Program-made: the position numbers and the translations under genes
Shown: piece after piece, positions 11,044 to 24,980 of the stretch
Position numbering within the stretch: position 1 is the first letter of the stretch
How the letters are laid out: each line of letters begins with the position of its first letter
Assembly: GCF_009914755.1 (NCBI RefSeq)
Contig: NC_060927.1
Strand: one strand, 5' to 3'
Source: the human T2T-CHM13v2.0 reference genome, Homo sapiens
DNA: 64,000 bases
Notes under the pieces: model-generated
Database searches by the model: none
What the model saw: only the letters and a program-made list of their open reading frames with translations
What the model was told of the DNA's origin: nothing

Positions 11044-12087
11044 TGTGATACTACCATGTATTTTTTGGTCCATCCCGATTCCTGGCTCTCAGTTACTGTA
11101 AGCCTTGTTATTTCCTAAGTGACTGGAGCAATAAGAATATCATCTGTTAAAATATTTGCTCTTTTCTCTTTGGTTCCTGAAGTAGCACCTAAACGATAAA
11201 GGTGAAAGACAGTCTTTTGTTAATTACACCAAGCCCTTTCAAACACACCTGGGCTTATGTTAATTAGACAGTTTTTGGAAAGCCCCTAGATACTACAGGA
11301 TAAAGGTCTGGTTGCCAGGAGAAGCAGCCTTGTGATCAGAGGGTTGAAACTGGAACTTTCGGACCCACTCCCTAACCTCCAGGGAGGAGAGAGGGGATGA
11401 AGGTTAACTTGATAGCTAGAGGCTAATGGTTTAATCAATCATCCCTTCGTAATAAACCTTCTATAAAAACCCAAAATGGACAGAGTTCAGAGAGCTTGAT
11501 AATAAACCTTCTATAAAAACCCAAAATGGACAGAGTTCAGAGAGCTTGGGGAGAGCTGAGCACATGGGGACTTACACATTCCCAACTCCTGCATTCGGGA
11601 CCCTTCTAGACCCTGCCCTATGTTTCTCTTCATGTAGCTGTACATCTGTAGCCTTTGTAATATCCTTTAAAATAAGCTAATAGACGTAAGTAAGTGTTTC
11701 TTTGAGTTCTGTGAGTTACTCCAGCAAATTAATCGAACCCAAAGAAGAAGCTGTGGGAATTCCAATTTGTAGCTCGTTGGTCAGAAGCATAGGTAAGACA
11801 ACCTGGGGCTTGCAACTGGCATTGGAAGTCAGGGGCGGTCTTGTGGAACTGAGCCCTCAATATGTGGGTTGTCATGCTATCTCCAGGTAGATAGTGTCAG
11901 AAATGAATTGCGTTAAAGGCAGGTGGTTTCTGCAGGAGAATCTGCTGCAGAATTAACTGACTGGTTGGTTGATGGTGAGAAGGAATCCCCCCATGCTTCT
12001 TGGTGACCAGGGAACATTGAAGGCTTTTGCATTGATTGTTGAGTGACAGTGTGGTAGGAGAAACTGAGCTTGTTTTTTTCTACTCAC
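11044..12087 (+). mobile_element. MER21-family LTR
   Basis: TGTGATA start; GGTTGCCAGGAGAAGCAGCCTTGTGATCAGAGGGTTG and GTTTCTTTGAGTTCTGTGAGTTACTCCAGCAAATTAATCGAACCC blocks. Confidence 0.7.
11450..11548 (+). repeat. Perfect 49-bp tandem duplication (period 50)
   Basis: TAATAAACCTTCTATAAAAACCCAAAATGGACAGAGTTCAGAGAGCTTG at 11450-11498 and 11500-11548. Confidence 0.97.
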
Positions 12088-13840
12088 TGGATTCTCCCCC
12101 TCAGTCTATTACCATTAGATTATACCCTTCTGTCCAATCACACTTCTACACGGCTATCCATTCTTCATGCAACCTAAGCATAAAAATTGATAGTTTTCCT
12201 TGGGTCTCTGGGTCTAAATTTCTGAAGGCTCCTATATCACATAAAACTTTGATTAAACAAATGCGTTATGTTTTTCTCTTGTTAACCTGTCCTTTGCTAT
12301 AGGAGTGTAGGCCATGACCCTTACGATGGGTGAGGAAGGGCATCATGTCTTTTGCGGCTACAGTTGATTATCTTGCTCATTTATTTCTTGACTTGTTTTT
12401 CTTCCTTTCCTTCTTGCCATCACAGTGTGAGAGCCACAAAAGCAGGACCCTTGTCTGTTTTGTTTGCCATGAAAGTCTCCACTTTTAGAATGGTTCATGG
12501 CACATGACAGGCATTCCATAAACTTATTCCAATGAATGAAAGGTCAGAAGACACCCTGTCAACTGTGTTGACTTTAAAGCATTATATGAATTAATTATAA
12601 AAATAATAAAAGAAAGAAAAGTTATCAGAAGCAGGTCCACAGGGAGTTGAGCAGCTGGGAAATTTCTGATGCTATAATTTCCTTCTGCAGCTGTTGTCCT
12701 TCAAGTTTTGGACAGAACTACCATCAGAATGAATGTTCTGGAGCCCTAGCTGGGTTGTTTGAGAGCACTCATTGCTCCTAGGATATCTTTAGAATGGATT
12801 TAAACAGCAAAATAGTTCAGTGGATGTGATTTAGTTTATTCCCCCAAAGCAGCTGTGTCCCCCCATCCACCGCCCCCACCTCCACTGATAGCTCTGCCTC
12901 TATTTGCATATGTAGCCTTCAAATAGGCACAAGTTAATAGATGGGGGTGAAGGAGGCATGTTAAAGCAAATGAGTAGGGGTACAAACCTGTTCTTAATAA
13001 CTCAATGCATGGAATTTATCATCACCCTCCATGTATCCTCTAACTTAATAACAATTGACAATGCCAGTTTCCCATCGGTATCAGCCCATCAGAGTGAAAT
13101 TATTTTTCCCAAATGAAGACATCACCTTAAATACAGAATCAGCAACATCAAAGGATTTGCTGGTACTTTCAGTGGCTCAATGGGAAGGTAAGGGGAGGGG
13201 AGGTGTGACTGGGCCCCAGTGCTCAAATCACACTTTGCTCTGCAAGCTGGTGAGATAAGAAATGGCCCATGCTCCTCTCGGGGAAGGCAGTGAATGTGTT
13301 GCATGTGAACTGGGATTTAGGGGCTTGAGAGAGGGAGTGGAGACAATGACAGATGATGCTTGACAAGGTCTTCCCAGAGATCAGGCAAGACAGATATGTT
13401 TTGACTCAATCTGATAGGACCTGAGACCCTGTGGTAAATTCTCAGAGCTTTACAGCTCCCTTTGGAAGACCAAATGTCTGATTTAAATTCCTTGTGTTTC
13501 AGTTTAGGCCTATTTCATTTCATTCTTTCTTTTCCATAAGCTGCAAGTTGCTTCCCACTGGGTGATATGATTCCCATTGACACGGAAAAGTGATAAACAG
13601 CTTTACCTTGACCCCTCACTCCCTCCACAGGATCCTGCAGTTTCAGACCCTCTTCTTTAGGAACCACTCTGTCACTCTGCCCACTCAGTAGCCACATTTT
13701 CGCTGAGTCATCCCTCCCTGGCCCTAGCTAGCCCTAGCTGGCCCTAGCTGACCCCACCGGCCCTAGCTGGGCCAATCAGGACCTCTCGCCTCAGAACTGA
13801 GCCACAGAGAAGGAAGCTGAGTCACATCACAGCAAAGCTC

Positions 13841-14396
13841 TGAAGGGGTTCGGTTCTTGCTACCCCCAAAATTTGCCAGTTTGATACACTGATTATTTTG
13901 AGTTGAAGGCACTTAAAAAAACAGCAGTGCAGAGAGAGGCCCTCTCTGAACTTCCCTTACCTGCCTAAGGACAGATCCTGCAAAAGAAACTAAATTGTCA
14001 TCAGTCCCATCCCTGGGAGTTTCATCAACCAGGGAAGATGAACTCATCACAGAGAGACTAGAAGTTGACACCACTCTCAAACAAACTTTGTCACAACCTA
14101 GCATATTTCCCATCTTATTTTCTATGGGCTCATTCATCTTTCCTAAAAATCTTCTACTCTCCTAAGTGACCTGCATCCCACCCCACTTTCCTTATTAAGA
14201 TGGAATGGAAGCTCTCAAATCTCACTGCTTTTCTGAGGTATTCACTTTTTTTTCTGTGATGCATTCATGCATGTTACATTAAGAATTCATAAATTTATAT
14301 ACTTTTTTTCCTGTTAATCTCCCTGTTGTCAGTTAATTTCATAGATCCAGCTATCAAACCTAGGAAGGTAAAGAGAAAAATCTTTCCTCCCCTACA
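13841..14396 (+). mobile_element. MER34/LTR48-group ERV1 solo LTR
   Basis: TGAAGGGG...CCTCCCCTACA termini with a 4-bp TSD GCTC at 13837-13840 and 14397-14400. Confidence 0.7.
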
Positions 14397-14671
14397 GCTC
14401 TCAAGAAGAAACCACAAACTGGACAGAGATCTAGCTGGCAGATATGCTTTATTTGGCCTGCATGGTTTTTAAAATATTGTAAACTTTACTAAAAACCCAG
14501 ACTTTTGGATTCTGTTAGAAAACTGGACCATCTAACTGTACCAGGCCTGGGATTCTGAAAGGCAGCAATTGTCTGGAGCTAAGTAGCACCCTCTTTAGTT
14601 GGGTCCCACACTCTCCAGTTCCCCACAGTCCCTGCCAATCCATTTTGTTTACCCTGCCCTCGTTAATCCTA

Positions 14672-15034
<363 letters not shown>

Positions 15035-15073
15035 ATCTTAAATACCTGTTGGAGCAGCCCTGGTATTTGCTCT

Positions 15074-16528
<1,455 letters not shown>

Positions 16529-16532
16529 CTAT

Positions 16533-17305
16533 TGAGGACTAATCTCTGCTTTTTTTCTCTTGCCCAAATTCCTATCTATGGGGTCTGGGGAATCATGCCC
16601 TATAAACCATAAATTCTCATTCGTTGGGTTTTATTTAACCCTATATATCATGACTTACTTTCCAATCTGACTCTGGTATAACATTATGTAACAAAGAAGA
16701 AAATAAAAATATTTTACCCCAAAACATTTTTCTTTGCCATGTTTTGAAATGGCCTTGCAAAGCCATCCTTTGTGGGGGGAAAATTTGCATCTGTAAAGAA
16801 TCTCTATTAACATAACTAGATCTTTTTCTTCCAGGCCTTCCCAATCCTGAAGAGATTAACTGAGAGTCTAGCACCTCTTTAAAGGTCCAAATAGGAAACA
16901 TGTGTCATGTATTGTCTCTAAGGGCAGCCACTTTGAGAGTTCAAATGAACCTGTCTCCACAATCTTTTCTCTTAACCTGAATATTTTCTTTCTGTTAATC
17001 CCAGGTCTTTAGACAAACTTGACCAATTGTCAACCAGAAAATGTTTAAATTTAGCTATAACCTGGAAGCATCCCCCTGTCCTTTGAATTGTCCCGCCCTT
17101 CTGGACCAAACCAATGTATTTCTCAAACGTATTTGATTGATGTCTCATGCCTCCCTAAAATGTATAAAACCAAGCTGCATTCCAACCACCTTGGGCACAT
17201 GTTCTCTGGACCTCCGGAGGCAGTGTCCTGGGCCATGGTCACTCATATTTGGCTCAGAACAAATCTCTTCAAGTATTTCACAGAGTTTGACTCTTTTCAT
17301 CAACA
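16533..17305 (+). mobile_element. MER4E-like LTR
   Basis: TGAGGACTAATCTCTG...CTTGCCCAAATTCCTATCTATGGGGTCTGGGG start; GACTCTTTTCATCAACA end. Confidence 0.75.
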
Positions 17306-18301
17306 ACCTTAATCCAATATGACTGGTGTCCTTATGAGAAGAGAAAGAGATAGCAGGGAGACACAGGTCCAGAGGAAAGGCCACGTGATGACACAGAGAG
17401 AAGGTGGCTATCTACAAACTAGGGAGAGAGGTCTTAGACAAAAACCAGCCCTGCCGACATCTTGATCTCAGGCTTCCAGCCTCCAAAACTGTGAGACAAC
17501 AGATTTCTGGTGTTTAAGCCACCCAGTTTGTGGTGCTTGTTAAGGCAGCCCTGGAAAGCGAATACAGTATCCCATCAGGAACATTCCTTCTCCCCGCCCC
17601 CCTCATTATTTAAACTAGCTCAAGTTTCTTTCCGGTACTTGCAACCAGAACCCCAACTAAGAATCGTGCTTTCTCCTGCAGTCATATAACGTTTCCTTCA
17701 TTTTTCCCAGTTTCCTTGCTCTAGCTTTTAATTACATTTTCTTATAAGCCCCACATGTGAAGTTTTGTAAACTCAAGTGTCTGAGTCAAGGTCTTTGGTT
17801 TAAGTGGAGAAGCTGTGTCAGAAATGGAGGCAAATACTATCCCTTCCTCTATGCCTCTGCTCGACTAGCTGTGTTACCAGAAAGGGGTCCTGATTCAGAT
17901 CCCAAGAGAGGGTTCTTGGATCTCACGCAAGAAAGAATTCTGGGCAAGTCCACACAATAAAGTGAAAACAAGCTTACTAAGAAAGTAGAGGAATAAAAGA
18001 ATGGCTACACCTAATGCAGAGCAGCCCCCAGGGCTGCTGGTTTCCCATTTTTATGTTTTTTTCTTGATGATATCCTAAACAAAGGGTGGATTATTCATGC
18101 CTTTCCTTTTTAGACCATATAGGGTAACTTCCTGGCATTGCCATGACATTTGTAAATTGTCCTGGCACTGGTGGGAGTGTAGCAGTGAGGACCATCAGAG
18201 GTCACTCTCATTGCCATCTTGGTGTTGGTGGGATTTGGCTGGCTTCTTTACTGCAACCTATTTTATCAGCAAGGTCTTTATGACCTGTATCTTGTGCCAA
18301 C

Positions 18302-18710
18302 TGTCAGGCCTCTGAGCCCAAGCTAAGCCATCATATCCCCTGTGACCTGCACGTACACATCCAGATGGCCAGTTCCTGCCTTAACTGATGACATTCCACC
18401 ACAAAAGAAATGAAAATGGCCTGTTCCTGCCTTAACTGATGACATTATCTTGTGAAATTCCTTCTCCTGGCTCATCCTGGCTCAAGAGCTCCCCTACTGA
18501 GCACCTTGTGACCCCCACTCCTGCCCGCCAGAGAACCCCCCTTTGACTGTAATTTTCCTTTACCTACCCAAATCCTACAAAATGGCCCCACCCCCATCTC
18601 CCTTCGCTGACTCTTTTCGGACTCAGCCCACCTGCACCCAGGTGAAATAAACAGCTTTATTGCTCACAGAAAGCCTGTTTGGTGGTCTCTTCACACGGAC
18701 GTGAGTGAAA
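18302..18710 (+). promoter_or_regulatory. HERV-H 5' LTR7
   Basis: TGTCAGGCCTCTGAGCCCAAGC...GAGTGAAA; tandem U3 repeat GTTCCTGCCTTAACTGATGACATT twice; ACAAAAGA at 18401-18408; the TATA position reads TACAAAA (18576-18582). Confidence 0.95.
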
Positions 18711-18712
18711 TT

Positions 18713-18730
18713 TGGTGCCATGACTAGGAT
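18713..18730 (+). other. Primer-binding site, tRNA-His
   Basis: TGGTGCCATGACTAGGAT versus canonical TGGTGCCGTGACTCGGAT (2 mismatches), just after the 5' LTR. Confidence 0.9.
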
Positions 18731-18853
18731 CGGGGGACCTCCCTTGGGAGATCAATCCCCTGTCCTCCTGCTCTTTGCTCTGTGAGAAAGATCCACCTAC
18801 AACCTCAGGTCCTCAGACCGACCAGCCCAAGAAACATCTCACCAATTTCAAGT

Positions 18854-18862
18854 CCGGTAAGC
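18854..18862 (+). promoter_or_regulatory. HERV-H major splice donor
   Basis: CCG|GTAAGC about 146 nt downstream of the 5' LTR, the known position of the HERV-H leader donor. Confidence 0.8.
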
Positions 18863-20314
18863 GGCCTCTTTTTACTCTCTTCTCCAACCTCCCTCACTAT
18901 CCCTCAACCTCTTTCTCCTTTCAATCTTGGCACCACACTTCAATCTCTCCCTTCTCTTAATTTCAATTCCTTTCATTTTCTGGTAGAGACAAAGGAGACA
19001 CATTTTATCCATGGACCCAAAACTCCAGTGCTGGTCATGGACTAGGGAAGGCAGCCTTCCCTTCGTGTTTAATCATTGCAGGGATGCCTGTATGATTATT
19101 CACCCAGGTTTCAGAGGTGTCAGACCACGCAGGGACGCCTGCCTTGGTACTTCACCCTTAGCGGCAAGTCCCACTTTTCTGGGGGAGGGGCAGGAAACCT
19201 AATCCCCTATCTCTGTGCCCCAGTCCTTATTTCTGCACCCCAACCTCTTATATCTGCGCCCCAACCCCTTATTTCCATGCCCCAACCCCTTCTCTGCTTT
19301 TATGGAGGGCAAGAACTCCCCACCCCTTCTCCGCTTTTATAGAGGGCAAGAACCCCCCACCCCTTCTCCGTGTCTCTACTCTTTTCTCTAGGCTTGCCTC
19401 CTTCACTATGGGCAAGCTTCCACCTTCCATTCCTCCTTCTTCTCCCTTAGCCTGTGTTCTTAAGAACTTAAAACCTCTTCAACCCTCACCTGACCTAAAA
19501 TCTAAGTGTCTTATTTTCTTCTGCAATGCTGCTTGACCCCAATACACACTCAACAGTAGTTCCAAATAGCTGGAAAATGGCACTTTCAATTTTTCCATCC
19601 TACAAGGTCTAAATAATTCTGTCGTAAAATAGGCAAACGGTCTGAGGTGCCTGACGTCCAGGCATTCTTTTACACATCAGTCCCTCCCTAGTCTCTGTTC
19701 CCAATGCAACTTGTCCCAAATCTTCCTTCTTTCCCTCCTACCTGTCCCCTCAGTCCCAACCCCAAGTGTCCCTGAGTCTTTCTAATCTTCCTTTTCTACA
19801 GACCCATCTGACCTCTCCCCTCCTTGCCAGGCTGAGCTAGGTCCCAATTCTTCCTCAGCCTCCGCTCCTCCACCCTATAATCCTTTTATCACCTCCCCTC
19901 CTCACACCCGGTCCAGCTTACAGTTTTGTTCCGTGACTAGCCCTCCCCGACCTGCCCAGCAATTTACTCTTAAAAAGGTGCCTGGAGCTAAAGGCATAGT
20001 CAAGGTTAATGCTCCTTTTTCTTTATCCCAAATCAGATAGCGTTTAGGCTCCTTTTCATCAAATATAAAAATCCAGCCTAGTTCATGGCTCATTTGGCAG
20101 CAACCCTGAGATGCTTTACAGCCCTAGACCCTAAAAGGTCAAAAGGATGTCTTATTCTCAATATACATTGTATTACCCAATCTGCTCCCGACATTAAATA
20201 AAACTCCAAAAATTAAATTCTGGCCCTCAAACCCCACAACAGGACTTAATTAACCTCACCTTCAAGGTGTACAATAATAGAGTAGAGGCAGCCAAGTAGC
20301 AACATATTTCTGAG

Positions 20315-20674
20315 TTGCAATTCCTTGCCTCCACTGTGAGACAAACCCCAGCCACATCTCCAGCACACAAGAACTTCCAAACGCCTAAAGCACAGTGGCC
20401 AGGCATTCCTCCAGAACCGCCTCCCCCAGGAGCTTGCTACAAGTGCCAGAAATCTGGCCACAAGGCCAAGGAATGCCTGCAGCCCAGGATACCTCCTAAG
20501 CCATGTCCCATCTGTGTGGGACCCCACTGGAAACTGGTCTGTTCAACTTACCTGGCAGCCACTCCCAGAGACCCTGGAACTCTGGCCCAAGGCTCTCTGA
20601 CTGGCTCCTTCTCAGATCTTCTTGGCTTAGTGGCTGAAGACGGACACTGCCCGATTGCCTTGGAAGCCCCGTAG
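20315..20674 (+). pseudogene. gag: HERV-H gag C-terminal remnant (nucleocapsid, two zinc knuckles)
   Basis: CYKCQKSGHKAKEC and CPICVGPHWKLVC CCHC motifs; ends in TAG at the gag-pro junction. Confidence 0.9.
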
Positions 20675-20689
20675 ACCATCTCAGACACT

Positions 20690-21069
20690 GAGCTTTAGGT
20701 AACTCTCACAGTGAAGGGTAAGTCCATCCCCTTCTTAATCAATATGGAGGCTACCCACTCCACATTACCTTCTTTTCAAGGGCCTGTTCCCTTGCCTTCA
20801 TAACTGTTGTGGGTATTGAAAGCCAGGCTTCTAAACCTCTTAAAACTCCCCAACTCTGGTGCCAACTTAGACAATACTCTTTTAAGCAGTCCTTTTTAAT
20901 TATCCCCACCTGCCCAGTTCCCTTATTAGGCCGAGACACTTTAACTAAATTATCTGCTTCCCTGACTATTCCTGGATTACAGCTACATCTCGTTGCCGCC
21001 CTTCTTCCCAATCCAAAGCCTCCTTTGTGTTCTCCTCTTGTATGCCCCCACCTTAACCCACAAGTATAA
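20690..21069 (+). pseudogene. pro: HERV-H protease remnant, frameshifted and with a degenerate active site
   Basis: LTVKGKSIPFLINMEATHS (the DTGA motif reads NMEA) and PTCPVPLLGRDTL. Confidence 0.85.
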
Positions 21070-23040
21070 GATACCTCTACTCCCTCCTTTGCGACCGATC
21101 ATGCACCCCTTACCATCTCATTAAAACCTAATCACCCTTACCCCGCTCAATGGCAATATCCCATCCCACAGCATGCTTTGAAAGGATTAAAGCCTGTTAT
21201 CACCTGCCTGCTACAGCATGGCCTTTTAAAGCCTATAAACTCTCCTTACAATTCCTCCATTTTACCTGTCCTAAAACCAGACAAGGCTTACAAGTTAGTT
21301 CAGGATCTATGCCTTGCCAACCAAATCGTTTTGCCTATCCACCCCATGGTGCCAAAACCATATACTCTCCTATCCTCAATACCACCCTCCACAACCCATT
21401 ATTCTGTTCTGGATCTCAAACATGCTTTCTTTACTATTCCTTTGCACCCTTCATCCCAGCCTCTCTTTGCTTTCACTTGGACTGACCCTGACACCCATCA
21501 GGCTCAGCAAATTACCTGGGCTGTACTGCTGCAAAGCTTCACAGACAGCCCCCATTACTTCAGTCAAGCCCAAATGTCTTCCTTATCTGTTACCTATCTC
21601 AGCATAATTCTCATAAAAACACACGTGCTCTCCCTGCTGATCATGTCCAACTAATCTCTCAAACCCCAACCCCTTCTACAAAACAACAACTCCTTTCCTT
21701 CCTGGGCATGGTTGAATACTTTTGCCTTTGGATACCTGGTTTTGCCATCCTAACAAAACCATTATATAAACTCACAAAAGGAAACCTAGCTGACCCCATA
21801 GATCCTAAATCCTTTCCCCACTCCTCTTTCTGTTCCTTCAAGACAGCTTTAGAGACTGCCCCCATCCTATCTCTCCCTGACTCATCCCAACCCTTTTTAT
21901 TACACACAGCCGAAGTGCAGGGCTGTGCAGTTGGAATTCTTACACAAGGACCGGAATCGCGTCCTGTAGCCTTTTTGTCCAAACAACTTGACCTTACTGT
22001 TTTAGGCTGGCCATCATGTCTCCGTGCAGTGGCTGCTGCCGCCCTAATACTTTTAGAGGCCCTTAAAATCACAAACTATGCTCAACTCACTCTCTAGAGC
22101 TCTCATAATTTCCAAAATCTATTTTCTTCCTCACACCTGACACATATACTTTCTGCTCCCCGGCTCCTTCAGCTGTACTCACTCTTTGTTAAGTCTCCCA
22201 CAATTACCATTGTTCCTGGCCCGGACTTCAATCCGGCCTCCCACATTATTCCTGATACCACACCTGACCCCCATGACTGCATCTCTGATCCACCTGACCT
22301 TCACCCCATTTCCCCACATTTCCTTCTTCCCTGTTTCTCACCCTGATCACACTTGGTTTATTGATGGCAGTTCCATCAGGCCTAATCGCCACACACCAGC
22401 AAAGGCAGGCTATGCTATAGTATAAGCCACTAACCCGCCTCTTAGAACCTCTCATTTCCTTTCCATCGTGGAAATCTGTCCTCAAGGAAATAACTTCTCA
22501 GTGTTCCATCTGCTATTCTACTACTCCTCAGGGATTCTTCAGGCCCCCTCGCTTCCCTACACATCAAGCTCAGGGATTTGCCCCCTCCCAGGACTGGCAA
22601 ATTAGCTTTACTCAACATGCCCCGAGTCAGGAAACTAAAATACCTCTTGGTCTACGTAGACACTTTCACTGGATAGGTAGAGGCCTTTCCCACAGGGTCT
22701 AAGAAGGCCACCACGGTCATTTCTTCCCTTCTGTCAGACATAATTCCTCGGTTTGGCCTTCCCACCTCTATACAGTCCAACAGCAGACCGGCCTTTATTA
22801 GTCAAATCAGCCAAGCATTTTTTCAGGCTCTTGGTATTCAGTGAAACCTTTATATCCCTTACAGTCCTCAGTCTTCAAGAAAGGTAGAACAGACTAATGG
22901 TCTTTTAAAAACACACCTCACCAAGCTCAGCCACCAACTTAAAAAGGACTGGACAATACTTTTACCACTTTCCCTTCTCACAATTCAGGCCTGTCCTTGG
23001 AGTGCTACAGGGTGCAGCCCATTTAAGCTCCTGTGTGGAT
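21070..23040 (+). pseudogene. pol: HERV-H pol remnants (RT with internal deletion, connection/RNase H start, partial integrase)
   Basis: SPYNSSILPVLKPDKAYKLVQDL, YSVLDLKHAFFTIPL, no YxDD motif; RPVAFLSKQLD; WFIDGSS; integrase-like YLLVYVDTFTG and PQSSRKVE with stop codons. Confidence 0.9.
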
Positions 23041-23660
23041 GCTCCTTTTTATCAGGCCTCAGTCTCATTCCAGACACCAGACCAACTTGGACTGTGCCCC
23101 AAAAAACTTGTCATCCCTACTATCTTCTGTCTAGTCATACTCCTATTCACCGTTCTCAACTACTCATACATGCCCTGCTCTTGTTTACACTGCCGGTTTA
23201 CACTGTTTCTCCAAGTCATCACAGCTGATATCTCCTTGTGCTATCCCCAAACTGCCACTGTTAACTCTTAAATAAATAATCTTTGCTGGCAGGACTATGC
23301 TGAATCTCCTTAGGCACTCTCTAATTAGATGTCCTGGGTCCTCCCAATTATTAGTCCTTTAATACCTGTTTTTCTCCTTCTCTTATTCCATTTAGTTTTT
23401 CAATTCATACAAAACCGTACCCAGGCCATGACCAATAATTCTAAATGACAAATATTTCTTCTAACAGTCCCACAATATCACCCCTTACCACAAAATCTTC
23501 CTTCAGCTTAACCTCTCCCACTCTAGGTTCCCACGCCGCCCCTAATCCGGCTCAAAGCAGCCCTGACAAACATCGCCCATTATCTCTCCATACCATCCCC
23601 TCAAAATTTTCGCCGTCCCAACACTTTACCACTATTTCATTTTATTTTTCTTATTAATAT

Positions 23661-23673
23661 AAGAAGACAGGAA
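23661..23673 (+). other. Polypurine tract
   Basis: AAGAAGACAGGAA immediately before the 3' LTR. Confidence 0.85.
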
Positions 23674-24087
23674 TGTCAGGCCTCTGAGCCCAAGCTAAGC
23701 CATCATATCCCCTGTGACCTGCACGTACACATCCAGATGGCCAGTTCCTGCCTTAACTGATGACATTCCACCACAAAAGAAATGAAAATGGCCTGTTCCT
23801 GCCTTAACTGATGACATTAACTTGTGAAATTCCTTCTCCTGGCTCATCCTGGCTCAAAAGCTTCCCTACTGAGCGCCTTGTGACCCCCACTCCTGTCCGC
23901 CAGAGAACAACCCCCCTTTGACTGTAATTTTCCTTTACCTACCCAAATTCTATAAAATGGCCCCACCCCTATCTCCCTTTGCTGACTCTCTTTTTGGACT
24001 CAGCCCGCCTGCACCCGGGTGAAATAAACAGCTTTATTGCTCACACAAAGCCTGTTTGGTGGTCTCTTCACACGGACGCCAGTGAAA
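23674..24087 (+). promoter_or_regulatory. HERV-H 3' LTR7
   Basis: Direct repeat of the 5' LTR; intact TATAAAA at 23951-23957; AATAAA at ~24023. Confidence 0.95.
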
Positions 24088-24649
24088 CCGACCTCCTATC
24101 TCATCCTGTGACTTAGAATGCCTAACCTCCTAAGAATGCAGCCCAGTAGGTCTCAGCCTCACTTTACTCCGCCCCTATTCAAATGGGGTTGCTTTGGTTG
24201 GAATGCCTCTGACAGCTGTGCAGCCTTGCAGGGCTTATTGATACGTCTGGATATTGTGATTGGATAAGTATCAATCTTTACCTCGTTGCAAAATAGGAAA
24301 TACCTGTCTGAAAGAGCTCAACGTTACATTACCTTCTTAATGGGGACCATAAGGCGGTCAAGAAGAAAAAAATGAGTTTTGAGGGAGGTAAAAATCCCTT
24401 AAGTTTTTAAATGCGTAAAGCACAGATAGACATAAAGCACACAAATCAATATATGGAATAGCTGTGGTTTTAGTTTCATGGGTGGCAGATCAAGAAAAAA
24501 AATGCCTAGAAAGGCTCTGTAGGGGGCTGAAACATTTTAAAAATGGTTGAGAAACACTGAACTGTATGTTTGGTGTAGCGCTACTACTCCTTTTTGAAAG
24601 ACATTGCTTTCAGGGCCTTTACATAGTGATGCTAATGTGGACAATTTTA

Positions 24650-24980
<331 letters not shown>

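Larger units (their letters stand above)
10674..12362 (+). mobile_element. MER39 LTR split by a MER21 insertion
   Basis: TGTTGGGGCTCAGAACACAATACTCCAAAGTA start; resumes at ~12088 (CCCCTCAGTCTATTACCATTAG); ends GGCTACA. Confidence 0.7.
18302..24087 (+). mobile_element. HERV-H provirus, common ~5.8-kb internally deleted form, with both LTR7
   Basis: Two LTR7 copies, tRNA-His primer-binding site, gag/pro/pol remnants, polypurine tract, 5-bp TSD CCAAC/CCGAC. Confidence 0.97.
17872..24214 (-). mobile_element. MER41 (MER41A-type) solo LTR split by the HERV-H provirus (pieces 17872-18301 and 24088-24214)
   Basis: The minus strand reads TGTCAGAGGCATTCCAACCAAAGC...GATAGGAGGTCGG|CACAAGATACAGGTCATAAAGACC; 4-bp TSD GCTG at 17868-17871 and 24215-24218. 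Confidence 0.85.

Noticed and set aside
12902-12909. Perfect octamer ATTTGCAT
   Set aside because: A single 8-mer is expected by chance in 64 kb, and there is no adjacent composite SOX site
20315-23600. Coding-competent HERV-H gag/pol/env
   Set aside because: Stops and frameshifts are present, the protease DTG is lost, the RT YxDD region is deleted and env is largely missing
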